A program made the translations under genes and the position numbers. This document shows, piece by piece, positions 26,944 to 32,000 of a DNA stretch of 32,000 nucleotides. This DNA is from Candidatus Arthromitus sp. SFB-rat-Yit (GTDB taxonomy: Bacteria > Bacillota > Clostridia > Clostridiales > Clostridiaceae), in the NCBI RefSeq assembly GCF_000283555.1, contig NC_016012.1:300001-332000 (forward strand). Direction: 5' to 3'. A model generated the notes under the pieces. It was not told the origin of the DNA. It saw only the letters and a list, made by a program, of their open reading frames with translations, and ran no database searches. The stretch's first letter is position 1. Each line of letters starts with the position of its first letter.

Positions 26944-27006
26944 ACATAAAATTAAATTTATAAAGACAAAATACATATATAAATAATGTTTTTAAGAGGT
27001 ATTTTT

Positions 27007-27396
27007 ATGGAATTGAGTATAGATGTTTTGAATAGTAAGCTTAATTTCCTTTATATTCTTGTAGATGGTATAAGTAAACATATTAATGTTAATTTTGATT
27101 TCTTTACGTTTGTTATAAACAATAATTTGACGTGTACTGATATTGTATTGATTACGAAAGCTTTAACAATTATGAATTATAGAAGGGCTGGATTATTAGA
27201 TAAAAATATTAGAGAATTTAATGGAGATGATAGGCTTAGTGGAATTTTGGTAAATAAAGATCCTAGTTTTAGTGAATTTGATAAATTTTTGTTAAGTATA
27301 AATTTAAATGTAAATGCTAAGGAGCTTTTGAGTAGTTTAATTAATCAAAAAATTGGAAGTAATATATGTGAATTTTTACTAGAAGATGGAGAATAA
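27007..27396 (+). CDS. Hypothetical small cytoplasmic protein
   Basis: 129 aa from the ATG at 27007 (MELSIDVL), after AAGAGG. I recognise no family. Confidence 0.55.
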   Translation: MELSIDVLNSKLNFLYILVDGISKHINVNFDFFTFVINNNLTCTDIVLITKALTIMNYRRAGLLDKNIREFNGDDRLSGILVNKDPSFSEFDKFLLSINLNVNAKELLSSLINQKIGSNICEFLLEDGE

Positions 27397-27410
27397 AATT
27401 GATATAATAC

Positions 27411-27442
27411 ACTTGTCTAAATATTTTTTAGGCAAGTTTTTT
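27411..27442 (+). terminator. Rho-independent terminator
   Basis: ACTTGTCTAAA (27411-27421) pairs with TTTAGGCAAGT (27427-27437, one G-U), followed by TTTTT. Confidence 0.8.
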
Positions 27443-27463
27443 GTGTTTTAAGGGGGATATAAA

Positions 27464-27844
27464 ATGGGAGTTTTTAGTACGTTAATGGGTAATGCTTCTA
27501 GTTCCGATCCAAATAAATTAAAAGATAAATTGTTAGATATATTATTTGAAGATGAGGAAGTAGTATTTGCATTTTCGTATGTAAGGGATATAATTTTATT
27601 TACTAGTTATAGAATAATGTTTACGGATAAACAGGGAGTTAGTGGAAAGAAAGAAAGTATTGAATCTATACCATATAGGAGTGTAGTAAGATTTTCTATT
27701 GAAACTAAGGGTGTATTTGATTTAGATTCTGAATTTAAAATTTGGATTAGTGGTAAAGATTCTCCAATAGAGAGTAAGCTTTCTGGAGATAAAAATATAT
27801 TAGAGCTCCAACGATTTTTAGGAGAAAAAGTTTGCAAAAAATAG
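27464..27844 (+). CDS. Bacterial PH-domain-like protein (YvbH/DUF1696-like)
   Basis: 126 aa with SD AAGGGGGA. The pattern LLDILFEDEEVVFAFSYVRDIILFTSYRIMFTDKQGVSGKK...IPYRSVVRFSIET resembles the small bacterial PH-like family. The match is from memory only. Confidence 0.6.
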   Translation: MGVFSTLMGNASSSDPNKLKDKLLDILFEDEEVVFAFSYVRDIILFTSYRIMFTDKQGVSGKKESIESIPYRSVVRFSIETKGVFDLDSEFKIWISGKDSPIESKLSGDKNILELQRFLGEKVCKK

Positions 27845-27861
27845 TTTTTAAGGATAAAAAT

Positions 27862-28122
27862 ATGAGTTATTATAGTAAAGATGAAAAGTTTTATATGGAT
27901 TTTAAGGATGAAGATGGTAATAAATTAACTTTTGAAATTATTGCAGAGATATTTTTAGATGAGAAAAAGTATTTAATACTTGGAGATGATATTCAAGATA
28001 GTGAAGATTCTTATGTTGTGCGCGAAGATTTTTCTGATCAAGGTGTTGAGTATAATTTTATTGATAATGAGGAAGAATTTAATCGTGTAAAAAAAGAATA
28101 TAAGAAGATTATATATGGTTAA
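27862..28122 (+). CDS. DUF1292-like small acidic protein
   Basis: 86 aa from the ATG at 27862. The pattern DEDGNKLTFEIIAEIFLDEKKYLILGDD...YVVRE...IDNEEEFNRVKKEY is typical of DUF1292/UPF0473. The match is from memory only. Confidence 0.6.
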   Translation: MSYYSKDEKFYMDFKDEDGNKLTFEIIAEIFLDEKKYLILGDDIQDSEDSYVVREDFSDQGVEYNFIDNEEEFNRVKKEYKKIIYG

Positions 28123-28130
28123 TATTAATT

Positions 28131-28308
28131 TTCTGCAGTAAACGCTAGGTTTTTATACTTAACCTACATTTCTTAATCGGGATTTCCAATATTAATATTG
28201 ATGTCAAGCTTCCAGAATTTTTAAGCGAAGTAGGCAGATAGATATGATGAGGATTGCCCACCTGTTTGGAACAGGTCTTAAGTTTATGAACCAACGTCTC
28301 TGCGGATA
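28131..28308 (+). ncRNA. Candidate structured small RNA with 6S-RNA-like architecture
   Basis: It contains no ORF. G+C is 67 of 180 nt (37%, hand count over 28131-28310), against visibly AT-richer flanks. The two ends pair over about 34 nt. Two 13-nt unpaired strands face each other in the middle, an inner extended stem-loop follows, and an intrinsic terminator comes directly after. The G-U pairs form only on the + strand. Confidence 0.5.
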
Positions 28309-28310
28309 TA

Positions 28311-28340
28311 AAAAACACCTAATTTATTAGGTGTTTTTTT
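28311..28340. terminator. Bidirectional terminator shared by the candidate RNA (+) and the sdpR/sdpI-like operon (-)
   Basis: ACACCTAA (28315-28322) pairs with TTAGGTGT (28327-28334). The stem is flanked by an A5 run on the left and a T-run on the right. It overlaps the last codons and stop of the minus-strand gene. Confidence 0.85.
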
Positions 28341-28974
28341 GTTTTTTATATATTATAAATGAGTATAAAGCTGTTACTATACTTGTTAAAATTAATGAAG
28401 TTATTAGTATATAATATGAGAGAGGATTAAATACGATTGTCATAATTATAGTTAATATTCCTGAAATAACAAATAGTAAACCAGCTAATCTATGTGTTTT
28501 TTTCCAGTTTTTTTCATCGTTTAATGTCCAAGGTAATCTTATTCCCATTGTGTAATTTTGTCTACATTTTGGAAGATAGTTTCCAATTAATATAAATATA
28601 ATTGATACAAATATTGGGGCAATTAATGATATATTTAGTCTAATTCCAAGACTAATTAATATAGACGTTGGGATAAATATTAATGACATAATTGGTAATA
28701 AAAAACATATTAAATTTTTTATAATTTTATTATGGTTTTTTTTGTTTGGATCATTGTTAATGCCTATGTTTGTTATTAAGTTTAAAATACATAAGATTAG
28801 ATGAAGGATTATACATACAAATAGTTTGCTTCCATAGGAATCTATACTGCCATTTATATTAAAATGGATTGGAATTTTATCGGGGAGTTTATTGTATATA
28901 AACATACAGAATATCATAGGTAATAAACATAATATTGATGATAAAATTAGTGATTTATTTATTTTTTTATTCAT
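28327..28974 (-). CDS. SdpI/YhfL-family membrane protein (DUF1648 N-terminus plus SdpI domain)
   Basis: 215 aa and polytopic. Motifs IPIHFNINGSIDSYGSK and NYTMGIRLPWTLNDEKNWKKTHRLAG are typical of the SdpI immunity/signal-transduction family. It overlaps the upstream regulator gene by 4 nt. Confidence 0.8.
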   Translation of the reverse strand: MNKKINKSLILSSILCLLPMIFCMFIYNKLPDKIPIHFNINGSIDSYGSKLFVCIILHLILCILNLITNIGINNDPNKKNHNKIIKNLICFLLPIMSLIFIPTSILISLGIRLNISLIAPIFVSIIFILIGNYLPKCRQNYTMGIRLPWTLNDEKNWKKTHRLAGLLFVISGILTIIMTIVFNPLSYYILITSLILTSIVTALYSFIIYKKQKNT

Positions 28975-29237
28975 TTTTTACCTCCAAATTCTGAGAACCA
29001 TAATATTACTTCTTCAAATACTGAAGTATTAATTTCATAAAATATAAAGTTTTTATATTTAGATTCAAATATAAGTCCTGATTTTTTTAGTATTGAGAGA
29101 TGATATGATATTGTTGCTCCAGTTAAATCAAATTTTTCAATGATTTCTCCTACAGATAGTTTATCTTTTTTAAGTAAAGTTAGTATTTCCCGTCTAATAG
29201 GATCGGATAGGGCCTTAAATGTTTCCTTTAAACTCAT
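28971..29237 (-). CDS. ArsR-family transcriptional repressor, SdpR-like
   Basis: 88 aa from the second ATG (MSLKETFKALSDPIRREILTLL...LSVGEI...ATISYHLSIL), 6 nt after GGAGG. This winged-HTH pattern is typical of ArsR/SdpR. Confidence 0.85.
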   Translation of the reverse strand: MSLKETFKALSDPIRREILTLLKKDKLSVGEIIEKFDLTGATISYHLSILKKSGLIFESKYKNFIFYEINTSVFEEVILWFSEFGGKK

Positions 29238-29250
29238 AAATTCCTCCAAC

Positions 29251-29272
29251 TATTTAGAAATTTATCTAAATA
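29251..29272. promoter_or_regulatory. Candidate operator: perfect 8-bp inverted repeat just upstream of the sdpR-like SD
   Basis: TATTTAGA (29251-29258), spacer AATTTA, then TCTAAATA (29265-29272). In addition, the 11-mer AACTATTTAGA occurs twice, at 29248-29258 and 29305-29315. Confidence 0.45.
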
Positions 29273-29420
29273 TAGTATATGATTATATTCGTCAGTTAGT
29301 CAATAACTATTTAGATAATTATAAAAATAACTATAGTTAATTGAAGAAAGAAATTAAATTATATATACTTTAAATAAGATTTGTGAATTGAATTTTATTT
29401 TGGAAGGAATTATTTTAAAT

Positions 29421-29591
29421 ATGAAACAAATGATAGATAGAATAAATTATTTATATAAAAAATCTAAGGAATTTGGATTAAGTGATGAAGAAAGAATTGA
29501 GCAAGAAAAACTTAGGAAAGAATATGTAAAAATAATTAGGGGAAATTTTGAAAATCAACTTAAAAATTATAAAAAAAAGGGTGAAGAGTAA
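29421..29591 (+). CDS. DUF896/UPF0291 (YnzC-like) small protein
   Basis: 56 aa from the ATG at 29421. MKQMIDRINYLYKKSKEFGLSDEERIEQEKLRKEYVKIIRGNF matches the family pattern as I recall it. Its stop abuts the hprK ATG. Confidence 0.7.
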   Translation: MKQMIDRINYLYKKSKEFGLSDEERIEQEKLRKEYVKIIRGNFENQLKNYKKKGEE

Positions 29592-30503
29592 ATGTATGTA
29601 ACTATTAATGATTTAATTAAAACATTTAAATTTGAGGTTATTGTTGGGGGAGATTTTTCCGTACAAATTAAAACAACTCAATTAAATAGGCCAGGACTTC
29701 AACTTACAGGATATTATTCATATTTTTCAAATGATCGTATTCAGTTAATTGGAATGACTGAATGGTCATATATGAATTCTTTAGATGAGGAGAGCAGGGA
29801 TAAAAAATTTAAGGAATATTTGGAGAAACATACCCCGTGCATAATAGTAACACGTGGACTTGAAATTTTTGAATCATTAGAAAAGTATGCAAAGATTTAT
29901 GGAAGGACAATTTTAAGGACTAATGAGGATACAACTGGAATTATAAGCAGGCTTAAAAGATATTTAGATGAGAAACTTGCGGCAGAAACTCGTGTTCATG
30001 GGGTTTTGGTTGATATTTATGGGATTGGTATTTTGATTACGGGAGATAGCGGTATTGGTAAGAGTGAAACTGCTTTGGAACTTATAAAAAGAGGTCATAG
30101 GATGATTTCTGATGATGCTGTTGATTTTCGGGAGATTGATAGGGAGATAATAGGGTATTGTCCTAGTATAACTTTTGGAATGCTTGAAGTTCGTGGGGTT
30201 GGGATAATAGATATCACAGCTCTATATGGGTTATCTTCTGTTCTTGAAAGTAAGAAGCTTGATTTAATAATAGAACTTGAGCATTGGAAAGATGATGATT
30301 CTTATGATAGACTTGGCATTGATAATTTATATAAAGAAATTTTAGGTGTTAAGGTAAAACTCGTACGTATACCAATACGTCCTGGAAGGAATGTATCTGT
30401 TCTTGTTGAAGCTGCTGCTGCAAGTCATAGATATAAATTGACTGGTAGACTACCTGCAATAGATGTTATAGGCGAGAGAATGAAAAAAATTAGTCAAAAC
30501 TAG
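29592..30503 (+). CDS. hprK: HPr kinase/phosphorylase
   Basis: 303 aa. Walker A GDSGIGKSETALELIKRGHRMISDD, plus the EVRGVGIID and RIPIRPGRN motifs. Confidence 0.96.
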   Translation: MYVTINDLIKTFKFEVIVGGDFSVQIKTTQLNRPGLQLTGYYSYFSNDRIQLIGMTEWSYMNSLDEESRDKKFKEYLEKHTPCIIVTRGLEIFESLEKYAKIYGRTILRTNEDTTGIISRLKRYLDEKLAAETRVHGVLVDIYGIGILITGDSGIGKSETALELIKRGHRMISDDAVDFREIDREIIGYCPSITFGMLEVRGVGIIDITALYGLSSVLESKKLDLIIELEHWKDDDSYDRLGIDNLYKEILGVKVKLVRIPIRPGRNVSVLVEAAAASHRYKLTGRLPAIDVIGERMKKISQN

Positions 30504-30570
30504 ATTACGCATTTAATTTATTTAATAAGAGATACTAACTTATATAAATTATTTAAGTTGGTGATTTATT

Positions 30571-31500
30571 TTGATCGTATATAATATTTCAAAGCTTTTT
30601 AAAGAAGAAGAAGAGTATGATCTTAATAAGTATTTATATTGGTTTATTTTAAGTGAGAATGAAATCTCATCAATACCTTTTGAACTTGATATGGAGTGTA
30701 TATTTGATTCAAATTCAGCTAGGGGTTTTTCTCAAATTAATTTTTATAATGAATATACATTTATTGCTCTGGATGTGTTAGAATTTAACAATGATATATT
30801 GAGTTTTGAGGATCTTAATATATTTTTCGGTAAAAATTATATTATAACAGTACATAAAAGTAAATTAGATGTTATAGATGAATTAATTCTTGATTTAAGG
30901 GAAAATAAGAATTGTTTTGTTGTTAAAAATAATCCTAAAATATCAACACTTTTATATATGATAATAGACAGGGTAATACTTAAGAATTATTCAACAATAA
31001 GTTCTATAAGTTCGAAGTGTGATAAAATTGAGATAAGTATATTAAAAGAAGATTCTCGGAGGAATTTTGAGGAATTGGTTCGTCTTAGAGGTCAAGTATA
31101 TAGAGTTAAGAAATATTTATACCCTCTTAGATATATTGGTGATTCTTTAATATTAAATGAGAATGGTATTATAGATGGAAATGATATTATACTATTTGAG
31201 AGAATAAATGAAAAATTTCAAAAGCTTATGGGAGCAATTGAAAGTTTGAATCAACAATTATCACTTGTTAGAGAGGCGTATGAATCTGAGCTTTCAAATA
31301 AGACAAATCAACTTATGAAGGTTTTTACACTTGTTGCATCTATTTTTCTTCCTCTTGATTTACTTACAAGTTTTTTTGGGATGAGTTTTGAGATTATGCC
31401 ACTTAGGCATTCTTGTTATTCTATACATATAGTTATTTTTGTAATGATTATAATTGTATGTTTACTTATAATTTTGTTTAAAAAGAAAGATTGGTTATAA
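30571..31500 (+). CDS. CorA-superfamily divalent-cation channel homologue with GMS in place of GMN
   Basis: 309 aa. A cytoplasmic funnel domain is followed by two C-terminal TM helices. The signature context is LMKVFTLVASIFLPLDLLTSFFGMSFEIMPL, and the protein ends KKKDWL. TTG start after GGTGA. Confidence 0.8.
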   Translation: MIVYNISKLFKEEEEYDLNKYLYWFILSENEISSIPFELDMECIFDSNSARGFSQINFYNEYTFIALDVLEFNNDILSFEDLNIFFGKNYIITVHKSKLDVIDELILDLRENKNCFVVKNNPKISTLLYMIIDRVILKNYSTISSISSKCDKIEISILKEDSRRNFEELVRLRGQVYRVKKYLYPLRYIGDSLILNENGIIDGNDIILFERINEKFQKLMGAIESLNQQLSLVREAYESELSNKTNQLMKVFTLVASIFLPLDLLTSFFGMSFEIMPLRHSCYSIHIVIFVMIIIVCLLIILFKKKDWL

Positions 31501-31527
31501 AAATTTTTAAATATTAAGGGGTGTATT

Positions 31528-32000
31528 ATGACAGATAAAATTTCATCTAAGATTACATGGGAAAATTATAGTGGTGAAAACTTATTGGAACTTGAGGAAT
31601 TATGTAATGGATATAAGAGTTTTATAAGTTCAAATAAAACAGAGAGAGAATGTGTTAATTATTTTATTAATGAGTGTATTAAACATAATTTTAAGGATTT
31701 AAGAGAGGTAATAGAAAGAGGAGAAAAACTTAAAAAAGGAGATAGGGTTTATTATTCAAAAATGGATAAAACTCTTATTTTAGCTATAATTGGTGAGGAA
31801 AATTTAGAAAATGGTTTTAATATAATAGGTTCTCATATTGATGCTCCTAGAGTTGATATAAAACAATCTCCGGTATATGAAGTGGATGGATTATGTTATT
31901 TTGATACTCATTATTATGGAGGTATTAAAAAGTATCATTGGGTTGCACGTCCTATGTGTTTAAAAGGTGTAGTAATAAAGAGTAATGGAGATAAGGTTAC
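31528..32000 (+). CDS. M18-family aminopeptidase (aminopeptidase 1 type), N-terminal part; continues past the window edge
   Basis: The ATG at 31528 follows AAGGGGTG, and the frame stays open to the edge (157 codons). Motifs IIGSHIDAPRVDIKQSP and THYYGGIKKYHW are typical of M18 peptidases. It is missing from the ORF track because it has no stop in the window. Confidence 0.8.
   Translation, partial: MTDKISSKITWENYSGENLLELEELCNGYKSFISSNKTERECVNYFINECIKHNFKDLREVIERGEKLKKGDRVYYSKMDKTLILAIIGEENLENGFNIIGSHIDAPRVDIKQSPVYEVDGLCYFDTHYYGGIKKYHWVARPMCLKGVVIKSNGDKV

Noticed and set aside
3455-27837. Remaining short antisense or overlapping track ORFs (3455-3715, 5702-5887, 7228-7524, 10477-10698, 18872-19150, 19364-19552, 21119-21400, 21348-21566, 27607-27837, all minus strand)
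   Set aside because: Each is nested opposite a longer ORF that has recognisable motifs or a proper SD and terminator. In a genome this AT-rich, stop-free antisense frames of 60-100 codons arise by chance.
29140-29340. 66-aa + strand ORF opposite the sdpR-like gene and its promoter
   Set aside because: It is antisense to a clear ArsR-family HTH gene and runs through the operator region. It has no SD.
30504-30570. M-box (Mg2+) riboswitch upstream of the CorA-like gene
   Set aside because: The gap is only 67 nt, far shorter than an M-box aptamer. It contains just one imperfect hairpin, which probably terminates hprK.
1-32000. Search for tRNA/rRNA genes, CRISPR repeats, IS elements, integrases, phage genes or composition-shifted islands
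   Set aside because: I found none. There are no T-loop or acceptor-type conserved sequences, no regularly spaced direct repeats and no transposase- or recombinase-like ORFs. Composition and coding strand are uniform apart from the 28131-28310 RNA candidate.

Overview
This is a very AT-rich, tightly packed chromosomal core region, almost all on the + strand, from a low-GC spore-forming Firmicute. The gene content looks Clostridia-like: spoVB, rex, clostridial-type ogg and a V-type ATPase. The extreme AT and Asn/Ile/Lys bias suggests a reduced-genome gut clostridium, but I cannot identify the organism from sequence alone.

Gene order:
- tig (3' end), clpP, clpX, engB, with no lon between clpX and engB.
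- Three small Cys/Asn-rich orphan genes, one of them a 54-aa ORF missing from the supplied track.
- M20 amidohydrolase and an RluA-family pseudouridine synthase.
- Two convergent MOP-superfamily flippases, one YtgP/MurJ-like and one SpoVB-like.
- A zinc phospholipase-C-fold protein.
- A complete nine-gene Enterococcus-hirae-type V-ATPase operon (G/H-I-K-E-C-F-A-B-D). Its K subunit carries the Na+-site residues.
- Signal peptidase I, mannose-1-P guanylyltransferase and a DUF4214-like orphan.
- rpe, broken by one frameshift in an A8 run.
- Two tandem membrane-anchored Mrr-like proteins.
- rex and ogg, joined by a perfect 20-bp tandem duplication.
- A secreted coiled-coil protein and three small orphans, two of them PH-like and DUF1292-like.
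- A roughly 180-nt GC-enriched intergenic RNA with 6S-like architecture.
- A minus-strand sdpR/sdpI-like pair, a DUF896-like gene and hprK.
- A CorA-like channel with GMS in place of GMN.
- The 5' part of an M18-type aminopeptidase.

I found no tRNA, rRNA, CRISPR array, transposase, integrase or phage genes. I do not see a convincing new multigene system. The best leads are the structured RNA, the rpe homopolymer frameshift, the Mrr-like membrane pair, the Cys/Asn-rich orphan cluster and the CorA GMS variant.

Every family assignment comes from motifs I recognised in the translations. None comes from a database search.
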